From: an uncultured archaeon
GTDB lineage: Archaea > Asgardarchaeota > Jordiarchaeia > Jordiarchaeales > Jordiarchaeaceae
Direction of reading: 5' to 3'
Assembly: GCA_964510585.1 (NCBI GenBank)
Contig: CAZECW010000187.1
Location: 31,912 to 95,911 of the forward strand
Length of the DNA stretch: 64,000 nucleotides
A program made the position numbers and the translations under genes. The notes beneath the pieces were generated by a model. It saw only the letters and a list, made by a program, of their open reading frames with translations. It did no database searches and was not told where the DNA came from. Below, in pieces: positions 1 through 10,228 of this stretch (positions are counted from its first letter, which is position 1; every line of letters starts with the position of its first letter).

Positions 1-292
1 TTGGCTCGGGGTTTGTTCAGGTAACATAGATAAATTGTGTGTTAGCTAACCTTCCTTTGGTTTGTAGTTCTTCCCCCAATTCACTTAATTTTGATAGATG
101 TTTATCCTTCTCCAAACTAAATCTACTAGAGTCTTCCATTTTTATGTTAAAATTGTTATTTAGTCTTAGTAGTTTTTTAACATTTTTCAGGATGATAGTA
201 ATTTTTATTTATTTTTGATTTTATTGTTTTTTGATTTGCTGTGTTTAGTTGATTTTATTGAGTCGCTGATTTCGTTTTTTTGGGGTTTGAGT

Positions 293-1393
293 ATGATACT
301 GGTTTTGAATGTTGGCTCTTCCACTATTAAATTCAGGGTTTTTAGAGGAGAAGTTGAAGTTGATGGTGGTTTGATTGATAGGATTGGAGATAAGCCGGCT
401 TTTGTCCGGGCTGGGGTTGAGAAACCGATTGATATAAGCACTCATGAAGAGGGTATCGAGTTTATTAAGGAATATTTGGTGGAGAGAAATTTATTTATTG
501 AGGCTATTGGTCATAGGGTGGTTCACGGTTTAGATATTTCGGAGAGTAAAGTGATTGATGAGAAGGTTTTGGAAAAAATTAGGATAGCGGCTCCATTAGC
601 TCCTTTGCATAATCCTCCCCAGTTGGCGGTTATAAAGGCTTGTGAATCTTTTATGGTGCCTCAAATTGCCGTGTTTGACACATCTTTTCATCAAACTTTG
701 CCCGAGGCCGCTTACACCTATGCTCTTCCCAAAGAAATAATGGAGAAGTATTCTATTAGGAGATATGGTTTTCATGGGATATCCCACATGTATGTTTCCC
801 TTAACGAAGCGGGGAGAGTGGTTTCCTGTCATCTTGGTAATGGGGTATCGCTAGCAGCAATAAGGGATGGGAAATGCGTGGACACTAGTATGGGTTTTAC
901 TCCTCTGGAAGGGCTGGTTATGGGTAGTAGGAGTGGAGATTTAGATCCAGGAATTTTACTTTTTCTTATGAGTAAAGGATTTACTTATCAAGAGCTTGAT
1001 GATATGCTTAATAGGAGATCTGGGTTGCTGGGGCTGTCTGGAGAGAGTAACGATATAAGGGAGCTTATAAAGTCTAACAAGAAGGAGGCGAAACTGGCAA
1101 TTGATGTTTTTGTCTATCGCTTGATAAAGTATATAGGCGCCTATGTTTCTGTTTTAGGCGGTCTGGACACGTTAATATTCACTGGGGGTATTGGTGAGAA
1201 TGAGTGGAGGATTAGGAAAAGGGTTGTGGAGGCTCTTTCCTATCTTGGAGCCGAGCTAAACGAAGAAGATAATATTTTAAACCGGGAAATTATTTCAAGT
1301 AGGGGATCGAGGGTACTTGTTAAGGTTAAAAGGACTAACGAGGAGCTAATGATTGCTAGAGAGGTCTACAGGTTAATTGGGGGCTACCCCTAA
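293..1393 (+). CDS. ackA: acetate kinase (acetate/propionate kinase family)
   Basis: The ORF track entry 215..1393 has an N-terminal extension with no similarity. An internal ATG at 293 yields 'MILVLNVGSSTIKF', the canonical acetate kinase N-terminal ATP-binding motif (NxGSSS[IL]K[FY]). The C-terminal 'IFTGGIGEN' motif is also present. Confidence 0.75.
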   Translation: MILVLNVGSSTIKFRVFRGEVEVDGGLIDRIGDKPAFVRAGVEKPIDISTHEEGIEFIKEYLVERNLFIEAIGHRVVHGLDISESKVIDEKVLEKIRIAAPLAPLHNPPQLAVIKACESFMVPQIAVFDTSFHQTLPEAAYTYALPKEIMEKYSIRRYGFHGISHMYVSLNEAGRVVSCHLGNGVSLAAIRDGKCVDTSMGFTPLEGLVMGSRSGDLDPGILLFLMSKGFTYQELDDMLNRRSGLLGLSGESNDIRELIKSNKKEAKLAIDVFVYRLIKYIGAYVSVLGGLDTLIFTGGIGENEWRIRKRVVEALSYLGAELNEEDNILNREIISSRGSRVLVKVKRTNEELMIAREVYRLIGGYP

Positions 1394-1394
1394 T

Positions 1395-2150
1395 CTATAT
1401 TAGCTCGTTTAGGAATATTAGTCGGTTTGTTGCGTTATACCTTTTCAGTAGATTTAATGGATATTCTATGTCTCCGATTCGGGTTTGGATGTGTGCGTCT
1501 GACCCTATGGAGAGTTTTATGTCTTTTTCTTCGATTATCTTTTGGAATTTTTCATGTTTATAGTTATCTTTGGAAGTGTTTAATTCTACAAAGAGCTGGG
1601 TTTCTAACAATTTTTCGATGACTTTTTCCAATTTGTCATCTTTTAAGTAGCGTACCTCCATGTGTGCTATACCAACTAGGCAAGAATCTGAGAGTATTTC
1701 TTTGAACTTTTTTATTTTTGATATGATTAGGATTGGATCTCTTGTTTCAATGGGATAGTAGCTGTAGGGGTCTGTGACATATTCGAATAAATAGTAGTCA
1801 AAGTTGTGGCTGGTCAGTGTCTCAATGGATTTATCTGATAGGAAATCGTAGGTTCTAGCGTCTACTTCCAGGGCCACTTTTATCCTGATTCGACTTCTAA
1901 ATTCTTCATCTAGGGCTCTAATTTCCTCGTAATAATCCGGCAGTCTTCGAGCAATTTTGGGGTTTTTCTCTGGGTCCATAGAAAAGTGGTCAGCTATACC
2001 TATTAACCGCATACCCTTTGATACTGCATACTCTGCAACTTCTCGGCAAGTGCAGATGCCATCTGACCATTTTGTATGGATATGAAAGTCAAAATTTGGT
2101 TTCAAAACCAATTTTATACCTTCTAGTTGCGTTGTGCTTCCTGCGTACAT
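1395..2150 (-). CDS. PHP-domain (histidinol-phosphatase-like) metal-dependent phosphoesterase
   Basis: Motifs 'FDFHIHTKWSDG' and 'IGIADHF' match the PHP family His-cluster. Confidence 0.6.
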   Translation of the reverse strand: MYAGSTTQLEGIKLVLKPNFDFHIHTKWSDGICTCREVAEYAVSKGMRLIGIADHFSMDPEKNPKIARRLPDYYEEIRALDEEFRSRIRIKVALEVDARTYDFLSDKSIETLTSHNFDYYLFEYVTDPYSYYPIETRDPILIISKIKKFKEILSDSCLVGIAHMEVRYLKDDKLEKVIEKLLETQLFVELNTSKDNYKHEKFQKIIEEKDIKLSIGSDAHIQTRIGDIEYPLNLLKRYNATNRLIFLNELI

Positions 2151-2215
2151 CGCTAACTAGTATAGGGCGCCTACTAAAAGTTTACCATCTAATTATTAAC
2201 ATTTTGCATAATGAC

Positions 2216-2797
2216 TCAAACGTATAAATGCCAAGGAGTTCCTTGGCCTCTGGATGATGCGTTTTTGGAGGCTATCACCACTAGGTCCTCGCTGACCTCG
2301 TATGTTTCTTCTCCCCTTAACTGTGCTTCTTCTACTAATTTGACTAATTTTTTCTTATTCGATTTTTTCCTAAGTGTGGATAGAACCGCCAAGCCTCCAT
2401 TTTCAATTATCCTTGCGATTTCCTTCACTGTTCTTTGTGGGTGCTCTACATTCTGAAGGATAGTTACTCCGAAAACCTTGTTGAAAGACTGGTCTCGGAA
2501 TGGGAGATTGTTCAAGTCGGCTCTTATAAAGTTTGAATTTCTAATTTTTTTCCTCGCAATTTCTATCATCCTCACGGAGAAATCTATTCCCACTACCCTG
2601 TGTTTTGAGGCGATTTTTTCTATGAGCATACCTGTCCCGCAACCAGCATCCAGAACTAGGTCTCCTTTATGTAGGGTTATTTTTGAGAGTATCGATTTGT
2701 ATTTCTCTTCCTGAATTTCTCTGTATCTTTGGTCGTATATCCATGCTGTCTGATCATATAGACTCATCTTTTTTTTGGAGGGGTTTTGGTTCTTCAT
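2216..2797 (-). CDS. class I SAM-dependent methyltransferase
   Basis: Motif I 'VLDAGCGTGMLIEKIA' and the Rossmann-fold methyltransferase pattern are present. Confidence 0.6.
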   Translation of the reverse strand: MKNQNPSKKKMSLYDQTAWIYDQRYREIQEEKYKSILSKITLHKGDLVLDAGCGTGMLIEKIASKHRVVGIDFSVRMIEIARKKIRNSNFIRADLNNLPFRDQSFNKVFGVTILQNVEHPQRTVKEIARIIENGGLAVLSTLRKKSNKKKLVKLVEEAQLRGEETYEVSEDLVVIASKNASSRGQGTPWHLYV

Positions 2798-2852
2798 GGC
2801 AAATTTCTTTTATTGTTACACACAGATAAATAATTGTTGATGGTGGTTTTAC

Positions 2853-3632
2853 ATGAATGTGCGACAACCCGTAGAATACCATTGTAATCCGGATTTCACA
2901 ACTGGAGCTGGGGTAATTATAGATGCTCTCAAAAAAAATCGGACACTAATTATCATAGGTGAGTGTACTATAGAGTATCAGGGGCGTGCAAACTCTGAGT
3001 TAGGTTTAGGGGAGCGCATAGTGCTTATAAAGAAGGATGGAAGCTTTTTGGTTCACCGAGCTTGGGATTCTCAACCAGTAAATTGGCAGCCTCCAGGATG
3101 TATCTTTCAAACCAAATCCAGTAAAAAGGGTGTGCTTCTTAAGGCAATAAGAAAAAAACCAAGGGAATCCATTGGAATATTGTTCCCGAAACTTTTTATC
3201 ATCCTCGTTTTGAATTTGAAGGACGAAGCAGAATTCATCATGTTTGGTAGCGAGGAAGACATGCAGAGGGCAATCCTAGCGAAGCCTGATCTAATTGAGG
3301 AAGGTTTTAAGCCAATTCTAAAAGAAAAGGTGGTTGAGCAGGGATTCGTGGACGTATACGGTGTAGATAATCAGGGTAGAACTTTAGTGATAGAGTTGAA
3401 GAGAAGAAAGGCCCAAGTTCAGGATGTGCTGCAACTATTAAAGTATCTGGAAGATATAAAAAGGAAAAGTGCTGGGCGTCCTGTGAGAGCAATGCTTGCC
3501 GCGCCCTCCATATCTAAAGAAGCGTCTTTAATGATTCAGGCGAAGGGCCTTGAATTCAAAACTCTGAGTCCTAAAACATGCGCTGAAGTTTTAAGATTAA
3601 CCGCCTCGAAAAAAATAACCGAGTTCATGTGA
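2853..3632 (+). CDS. nucS: endonuclease NucS (EndoMS)
   Basis: 'IVLIKKDGSFLVH...QPVNWQPPG' and the C-terminal RecB-like 'VIELKRRKA' motif are typical of archaeal NucS, and the length is about 259 aa. Confidence 0.8.
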   Translation: MNVRQPVEYHCNPDFTTGAGVIIDALKKNRTLIIIGECTIEYQGRANSELGLGERIVLIKKDGSFLVHRAWDSQPVNWQPPGCIFQTKSSKKGVLLKAIRKKPRESIGILFPKLFIILVLNLKDEAEFIMFGSEEDMQRAILAKPDLIEEGFKPILKEKVVEQGFVDVYGVDNQGRTLVIELKRRKAQVQDVLQLLKYLEDIKRKSAGRPVRAMLAAPSISKEASLMIQAKGLEFKTLSPKTCAEVLRLTASKKITEFM

Positions 3633-3863
3633 AAAATGCGTTTAGTTTATATGAACTAGCTCAGAAATAAATTTGAATATCAACCACATCTTTATATACT
3701 ATATGTGATGTGAATATGTGGAAAAAGGGTTCACCCCTAAATTTAATGTTTACAGAATTAAAAGCACGTTTAAAATGCGAAACTGAACATTTCAAAGAGG
3801 TAGAAGTTAAAACTTGCTTTTGCTAATATTTTACTCCTTGGTGGGTATGCCTAGAAGACTACA

Positions 3864-5627
3864 TTGTTGGTAGGAGGAAAAAATTTGGAATCAAGACTTG
3901 AAGAAATATTGAATAGAATAGTTAAGTCGGGCAAAATTAGTCGTGAGGAGGCTTTGAGGCGCATTAATGAGAAAAAGAAGAAGATGGGTGGTTTGCTTAC
4001 GGATGAGGGAGCTGCTCATCTTGTGGCGAAAGAATTAGGGTTAGACGTTTATGAGAATATTAGTTACAAGAAGCCAGCTCTCGAAATCAAGGACATTTCC
4101 TTGGATATGAGGAACGTAACAATTACTGGGGTGATTACTCGCATTTTTCCCGCCAAAGAATTTACTTCTAAAGATGGGAGAAAGGGCAAAATGGCCAGCA
4201 TACTACTTTCTGATAAATCTGGGGAGCTTCGCTTGGTTTTGTGGGGTGAGCACGTAGAACAAATAGAAAAGGGTAAGATAAAGGAGGGGCAAATTGTTCG
4301 CGTGTTCTATGGCTACGTAAAAGAGGGGTTGAAGGGTAATCCCGAGATACATTTGGGGTACAGAGGAAGATTAGAGATAGAGCCTAAAGACGTGAAGCCC
4401 AGTGATTATCCCAAACCAAAAACTGGGCTCATCAAAATAAGTGAAATTGAGCCAAATATGATAAGTGTAGACACTGTAGGCGTCATACAGAGGCTCTCAC
4501 CCACATCAGAATTCACAAGACCAGACGGCAGTCATGGGAGAGTCTGTAATGCAACTATGGTAGATGAAAGCGGGGAAATAAGGGTTGTTTTTTGGGACGA
4601 CCAAGTGGAGTTGGCTGAGAGGCTCAGTGAGGGGGACACAATTAAAGTTGAGGGTGGATACACCAAAGTTGGTCTAAGAGAAGCACCAGAGCTACACATT
4701 GGCAAATTAACAAGAGTGACTGTAAACCCCGACATTGAAGTAAAGGTTGAAATTAGCCCACAGCCTCAAGAAATATCCGCAAAAATCAAAGATTTGAAGC
4801 CTGATATGAGAAGCGTAAACATAGAAGGACGCGTAGTAAGTGTTTCCGATGTCCGAGAATTCACAAGAAAGGACGGATCAAGTGGTAGGATGATTTCATT
4901 CACCATCGCGGATGACACCGCGGGAGTTAGAGTCGCCGCCTGGGGAGACCATGCTGAAACTCTTAGTGGAATCTCGGAGGGTGACACCCTAAAAATAAGG
5001 AGAGCATATACCCGCACTGGTTTACAAGGCGAGGTTGAAGTGCATCTGGGAAGATTTACTGAGGTGGAGTTGAACCCTGCTGAGATTGAAATTCCCGACG
5101 TTAAACTCGATGTTAAACCCAAAGCCACAAGTGTAACGAGAAAAAGCATATCCGAGCTGGAGAACAATCAGACAGTTGAAGTCAGAGCCACCCTGGTCCA
5201 GCTTTACCAGAAAAAACCCGTTTATGAAGCCTGCCCTAAATGCGCCAAAAAAGTTGAAAAAGTAGACGAAGAATGGACGTGTAAGAATTGTGGGCCAGTA
5301 GAGGCTCCAGTAATCCGATACATGTTCAGCGGAGTCTTAGATGATGGCACCGGAGCCATTCGAGCAAACTTTATGGGAGATGCGGCTCAAAAATTGCTAA
5401 GCATGACTCCCGAAAAGGCGTATGAACTGATTAGAAAATCCAGCAACCAAATAGAACCCCTGAAACTGAAGGCGCCAGAGGTGGAGGGCAAAGAAATAGT
5501 AGCCACAGCAAGGGTTACATACAATGAATTTACCAAATTATTGGAACTAAACATAATAGACATTAGAGAACCAACCCCCGAGGAAGAATCAAAAATACTT
5601 ATGTCAAAACTTAATAAGAGAAAGTAG
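3864..5627 (+). CDS. rpa: replication protein A (single-stranded DNA-binding, multi-OB-fold with C4 zinc ribbon)
   Basis: An N-terminal helical RPA1-like segment is followed by three to four repeated OB-fold units ('VTITGVITRIF', 'VDTVGVIQRLS', 'VNIEGRVVSVS', 'VEVRATLVQLY'). A 'CPKC...CKNCG' zinc ribbon lies near the C-terminus. The frame begins at TTG, and no in-frame ATG precedes the conserved N-terminus. Confidence 0.8.
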   Translation: MLVGGKNLESRLEEILNRIVKSGKISREEALRRINEKKKKMGGLLTDEGAAHLVAKELGLDVYENISYKKPALEIKDISLDMRNVTITGVITRIFPAKEFTSKDGRKGKMASILLSDKSGELRLVLWGEHVEQIEKGKIKEGQIVRVFYGYVKEGLKGNPEIHLGYRGRLEIEPKDVKPSDYPKPKTGLIKISEIEPNMISVDTVGVIQRLSPTSEFTRPDGSHGRVCNATMVDESGEIRVVFWDDQVELAERLSEGDTIKVEGGYTKVGLREAPELHIGKLTRVTVNPDIEVKVEISPQPQEISAKIKDLKPDMRSVNIEGRVVSVSDVREFTRKDGSSGRMISFTIADDTAGVRVAAWGDHAETLSGISEGDTLKIRRAYTRTGLQGEVEVHLGRFTEVELNPAEIEIPDVKLDVKPKATSVTRKSISELENNQTVEVRATLVQLYQKKPVYEACPKCAKKVEKVDEEWTCKNCGPVEAPVIRYMFSGVLDDGTGAIRANFMGDAAQKLLSMTPEKAYELIRKSSNQIEPLKLKAPEVEGKEIVATARVTYNEFTKLLELNIIDIREPTPEEESKILMSKLNKRK

Positions 5628-5798
5628 AAAACTTCCAAATAGAGAATCGCTAGTGGGAAAAAGCATTTAAACTGAAATCCAAATTTTATCTTTTTCTACG
5701 CCCTCTAAGAGTGTGAGAGGAGAAAAGTATAAGTTCAACTCTACTTACTGTTACTGCGTAGAAGTGAATCTAATTCTTCTCCTGAAATTGAATAGAGA

Positions 5799-6446
5799 AT
5801 GAAAATACTAAGTATCAATTTGGTGATATGTTTGGCGATATTCTTGGAAGGGAAATCGGAATGCCCTGTATGTGGAAAAAAGACACTTGAAAGTAGCTTT
5901 ACGGACTTGAACATTCCCTACTTTAGTGAGATATATTTAGTGAGGTTTCAATGTTCTTCGTGTGGGTATAAGGTAAGTGACTTTTTAAGTACACGTTACG
6001 GGAAACCAATCAGATGTACTTATAAAGTCAAAAATGAGAAAGAACTAACAGCCCGGGTAATCCGGGCTACCACGGGAACCATAAAAATCCCCGAACTAGG
6101 CACCACAATCGAACCAGGTCCAGCCTCCGAAGCGTATGTAACCAATGTTGAGGGCGTCATTTCCCGAATATTAGAAGTTGCAGAAACCGCAAGGGAATGG
6201 GCTGAAACCGATGAACAGAAAAGAAACAGCGACATTGCCATAGAAAAAATAAAAAAGGCAAAAACAGGGGAAATGCCCTTCACTCTGATACTGGAGGATC
6301 CCTTCGGAAACAGTATGATAGTAGCTAAAAACCAGTCAGAAGTAAAAGTTAAAGAACTAACAGTAGAAGAATTGCGAGATCTCAGAACTGGAGGCTTAAT
6401 ATTCTTTACATCCAGCGACTCGAACGAATCCACACAAGAAGACTGA
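5799..6446 (+). CDS. ZPR1-type zinc-finger domain protein
   Basis: 'CPVCG...NIPYF.EI....F.C..CGYK' matches the zf-ZPR1 architecture, followed by a β-rich domain. Confidence 0.55.
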   Translation: MKILSINLVICLAIFLEGKSECPVCGKKTLESSFTDLNIPYFSEIYLVRFQCSSCGYKVSDFLSTRYGKPIRCTYKVKNEKELTARVIRATTGTIKIPELGTTIEPGPASEAYVTNVEGVISRILEVAETAREWAETDEQKRNSDIAIEKIKKAKTGEMPFTLILEDPFGNSMIVAKNQSEVKVKELTVEELRDLRTGGLIFFTSSDSNESTQED

Positions 6447-6506
6447 CCGCCAAAAATAATTAAAAGCCTTCCCCCAACCATTCAAGAACACAAATATCTC
6501 ATTAAT

Positions 6507-6755
6507 TTAGAATGTTGGCAGCTTTGGAATATTTGCACCTGACTGCAAGGCATTTAGATACAGTGAAGCAATAATCACAATGATAAGAGCGACGCAGGCA
6601 ATAACGACTATGCCTGGTCCAATTTTTGGTCCCGCAGTTTCTTCCTCGAAGAAACGAATGAGACCCGCGCCTGCAACTGGCATCGGGGCTGTATCTCTGG
6701 CTCTTCTTCTCTTAATTTTGGACAATTCTTTTCCTCCTGTAGCTTTACTTTGCAA
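6507..6755 (-). CDS. secG: preprotein translocase subunit Sec61β (archaeal Secβ)
   Basis: The conserved 'AGLIRFFEEE' motif is followed by a single C-terminal transmembrane helix, typical of archaeal Sec61β. Confidence 0.7.
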   Translation of the reverse strand: MQSKATGGKELSKIKRRRARDTAPMPVAGAGLIRFFEEETAGPKIGPGIVVIACVALIIVIIASLYLNALQSGANIPKLPTF

Positions 6756-6964
6756 CCTTTCATATAAAAATGTTTTCTAAAACCAGCTCTTGTGGAACAA
6801 ATTATGAATTTTTAATTTACCCTTAATTTAAAAAACCAAAAATATGCAACAAAAACCCTAGAACCTTAAGCGTTGTGCTCTCCATTAGTTTATTTAGCCT
6901 TTTTAAAATTCGGTTTTAAAAAACAAATTTAAAATCTTTTTATTCTTGTAGAGGGTTTTGATTT

Positions 6965-7267
6965 TTAGAATGTGAATTGGCATTTGCAGGGGTTGCTATT
7001 ACATCTGGGGCACTTTCCGGGGTATTTTGTTTGCACTGCTTCTTCCAAGTCTATGTTTAATACGTTAGCTAGGCTTGCTAGCCAAGCGAAAACATCTGCA
7101 AATTCCTCCTTGATTTTTTCTTTATCTTCGGTTCTTAGTACTCGTGCGAGTTCTCCGATTTCGCTTACCAGCCAAGCAAAATTACCGAGTTTCCCTCTTT
7201 TCTCATCATTTTTAAAGTAAAGGTCACGCATTAACTGTTGGAATTCCTTTATTTCCATTAGGATCAC
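6965..7267 (-). CDS. MazG-like nucleotide pyrophosphohydrolase domain protein
   Basis: 'LVSEIGELARVLR...EEFADVFAWL' matches the MazG/NTP-PPase EExxE/D motifs. A C-terminal Cys cluster 'CPRCNSNPCKC' is also present. Confidence 0.55.
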   Translation of the reverse strand: MILMEIKEFQQLMRDLYFKNDEKRGKLGNFAWLVSEIGELARVLRTEDKEKIKEEFADVFAWLASLANVLNIDLEEAVQTKYPGKCPRCNSNPCKCQFTF

Positions 7268-7685
7268 CTCGCCTGTACAAGTAGGATTTCTATAATTGTG
7301 TGGTCAAACGGAAATTTATCCGCCGTCTATTACCAAGAATTTAAGTGCAGTACACTCATATCTGAATTCAACATTATGTTACTGCTATAATTCCTTTTCT
7401 GGACGATTTATACCTTTGTTTAACGTTTTTGCCATTTCTCTAATTGGTTGGTAATGTTTTTTGGGGTGCTCAAGGTGCAAATAATTTATAATAGTATGTG
7501 ACTATATTTAAATTAGAAGTTCTACAAGTGTCATAGGGCGTCTCAAAAAGATTGGAAAAATCCGCGTCCAAATTCGCGCCTATTAAATATATTTAAATTA
7601 AAAAGTAACAATTAAATAACTCAAAATAAAATCTGCTTTTAGTGGGAACACATAGGATAGGTGTGGCTCAATCAGATATGGAGGA

Positions 7686-8543
7686 ATGAAAATTTTGAAA
7701 GTACAGGACATCATGGAAGATAAAGTACCGTATGTAACAGTGCCAGGGACTAGAGATGAAGTTCTGAGCGTTATGAGGGAGACTAAAAAAACCTACCTAC
7801 CTGTAGTAAAGAAGGGTAAGATGGAGGTTGTAGGAACAATTTCAGAGAGAAATCTTATGGATAAGCCCGAAGAAAGTCAAATTGCGCTACTCATGAAAAG
7901 AGACCCCATAACTGTTTCTAAGGAAACAACAGTGAGGGAGCTAGTTAAGATACTTTTAGAAAACAACCTGAGATACATCCCTGTCACTAAAGACGGCAAA
8001 GAACTGGTTGGGATGGTGTCAGTATCGGATGTGGTTAGGAAGGCCATAGCGGTGGAGAAAGATTTGGGCCCCATAAAAGACTATGTTAAAAAAGAGCTGG
8101 TCACTGTTTGGGAAGGCACACCTATTCCCGTAGCGTTCAAAATAATGAGACTGGCAAGAGTAAATGTATTACCTGTACTTGATGATAATGGTAATTTGTC
8201 GGGTATAGTTGATGATTCTGACTTTCTACATTTAAGCGAGGTGGTTTCCGAAGAGAAAGTGTCAAGTATATCTGCTACCAGCGAGGGCACCGACTGGAGC
8301 TGGGATTCCGGGGACATTTTCCACATCACCACTAAAATACTTCGTTTGCCCAATAAGCCAGTTAAAGAGGTAATGACCAAAAGCGTGGAAACCGTAACAG
8401 AGCTCACAAGCTTTGACGACTGCGCCAGAAAGATGAGAAAGTTCGATTTAAATCAGATACCAGTAACCGACGCTAAAGGAAACCTCAGCGGAATAATACG
8501 CGACATTGACTTAATCAGAGGCTTCTTCCAGATCAGCAAATAA
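7686..8543 (+). CDS. CBS-domain protein (tandem CBS pairs)
   Basis: Repeated 'IPVTD..G.L.GI' CBS signature segments, about four CBS repeats. Confidence 0.65.
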   Translation: MKILKVQDIMEDKVPYVTVPGTRDEVLSVMRETKKTYLPVVKKGKMEVVGTISERNLMDKPEESQIALLMKRDPITVSKETTVRELVKILLENNLRYIPVTKDGKELVGMVSVSDVVRKAIAVEKDLGPIKDYVKKELVTVWEGTPIPVAFKIMRLARVNVLPVLDDNGNLSGIVDDSDFLHLSEVVSEEKVSSISATSEGTDWSWDSGDIFHITTKILRLPNKPVKEVMTKSVETVTELTSFDDCARKMRKFDLNQIPVTDAKGNLSGIIRDIDLIRGFFQISK

Positions 8544-8638
8544 GAATAGAACTCCCCAAAAGCAGTCTCATCGAATTCTCCGTGCCTAGTTTAATAATGC
8601 TGGGTAACTCTTCTATTACTTTATTTACTTCTTTGTGG

Positions 8639-8839
8639 TTACACGCTTCTTAAGCCGTAGTCTCTTACTTTTACACCTGCGACATTTGGTTGCATAGAGG
8701 GCGTTTCGCGCGTAGCACTTCCTACATATCTTGACATATAGTAGGTGTGTTGCCGCAATTCTTCTTTTATCGGGATCTCCAATAGGCATACTCTGTCACC
8801 TGCGAGCTTGAGCACTGTCATTTTAAAGATATGATACAC
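8639..8839 (-). CDS. small hypothetical protein (66 aa), not assignable
   Basis: This is an ORF in an otherwise empty 550-bp gap. It has no recognisable motif and may be spurious. Confidence 0.2.
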   Translation of the reverse strand: MYHIFKMTVLKLAGDRVCLLEIPIKEELRQHTYYMSRYVGSATRETPSMQPNVAGVKVRDYGLRSV

Positions 8840-9094
8840 TTTTAAGCTTTTTCTACAAACTTATAGGCAGTCATATGGATATTTTTTGGTTGTGGGAGTG
8901 GTATTGTCGTCTGTGGGCTTTTTTGAATCTTTACAAACTCTGTTTTCCAAACTTGTAGAACTATTAGAAGAACCGGGCGGCCACTTCATATGCAATGAAA
9001 TAAATTTATGAGTTAGCAATTTAACCTTAAAAATCCAAAATCGTATATTTTCTTTCAACTGATTGTCTGGAAAATTTGAGATGGAGGATAGTGT

Positions 9095-10228
9095 TTGCGC
9101 CTTTTTGAATATGAGTGTAAAAAAATACTTCAAGACCAGGGCATTCCAGTACCTAAGGGTTCAGTTGCCGATTCGCCTGGAGAAGCAGTTAAAATTGCTG
9201 AAGGTTTGAGGGGGCCAGTGGTAGTAAAAGCTCAAATTCCCATTGGAGGCAGAGGCAGACTAGGAGGAGTAAAGTTTGCAGAAGGCCCCAAAGAGGCGGG
9301 AGAAAAGGCTGCCGAGCTGATTGGCTCCTATGTGGGAGATATTAAAGTAGAGCGAGTGTTAATAGAAGAAAAAATTGATTTCAGAGATGAAATCTACATT
9401 GGGATAACCATAGACCGCTCTGCTAAAAGACCAGTTGCCATAGTAAGCCGGTTTGGCGGAATGGACATTGAACAAGTGGCATTTAAAACACCAGATAGGG
9501 TACACAAACATTACATTAATCCAATAAGTGGACTAAATGAGGAAGAATCCATAAATCTGACTGAGAAAATGCGACTTGAAACTGAAGAACTTATACAAGT
9601 TTCTTACATTCTGAAACGTTTGTGGGAAATAACACGCAAATACGATGGAGAATTGGTGGAAATAAATCCTCTGGTTAAAACTGTTGATGGAAAATTCTTA
9701 GCTTTGGATGCCAAACTGGTCATCGATGACAACGCTCTTTTTAGACATCCTGAATTTAAAACACACCAGTCGCCCCTAACTTCCGACTTGGAGGCTAAGG
9801 CGCTTGCAGAAGGCTTGACCTATGTCCAGTTGGATGGTGATATTGGTGTAGTTGGTAACGGTGCAGGGCTGACTATGGCTACCATGGACCTACTTAGCCT
9901 CTATGGCGGGAAACCCGCAGACTTCCTCGACTTGGGTGGAGGGGCTACAAGGGAAAATGTTTCAGCAGCATTAAAAATTCTGCTAAGTAACAAGAGAGTA
10001 AAAGTTGTACTGATAAACGTTCTGGGAGGTATAACCCGCTGCGACGAAGTAGCAATGGGAATAATTAACGCCTATAGTGTGTCTTCTTCAAGAGTTCCTC
10101 TCGTGGTTCGAATGATGGGAACCAACGAAGCAGAGGGGAGAAAACTCCTAAAAGAGATAGGGATAGAAACATTTAGAGATATGGAGGAGGCGGCTCAAAG
10201 AGCAGTGGAATTATCAGGGAGGTTTTGA
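9095..10228 (+). CDS. sucC: succinyl-CoA synthetase (ADP-forming) β subunit
   Basis: The N-terminus 'LFEYECKKILQDQGIPVP...VVVKAQIPIGGRGRLGGVKF' aligns with the SucC ATP-grasp domain. The gene is immediately followed by sucD. Confidence 0.85.
   Translation: MRLFEYECKKILQDQGIPVPKGSVADSPGEAVKIAEGLRGPVVVKAQIPIGGRGRLGGVKFAEGPKEAGEKAAELIGSYVGDIKVERVLIEEKIDFRDEIYIGITIDRSAKRPVAIVSRFGGMDIEQVAFKTPDRVHKHYINPISGLNEEESINLTEKMRLETEELIQVSYILKRLWEITRKYDGELVEINPLVKTVDGKFLALDAKLVIDDNALFRHPEFKTHQSPLTSDLEAKALAEGLTYVQLDGDIGVVGNGAGLTMATMDLLSLYGGKPADFLDLGGGATRENVSAALKILLSNKRVKVVLINVLGGITRCDEVAMGIINAYSVSSSRVPLVVRMMGTNEAEGRKLLKEIGIETFRDMEEAAQRAVELSGRF

Noticed and set aside
6020-6481. A 153-aa minus-strand ORF opposite the ZPR1-type gene
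   Set aside because: It is antisense to a motif-supported gene and has no recognisable features.
8861-9133. A 90-aa minus-strand ORF overlapping the sucC start
   Set aside because: Its low-complexity translation overlaps a well-supported gene start and promoter region. It is most likely non-coding.
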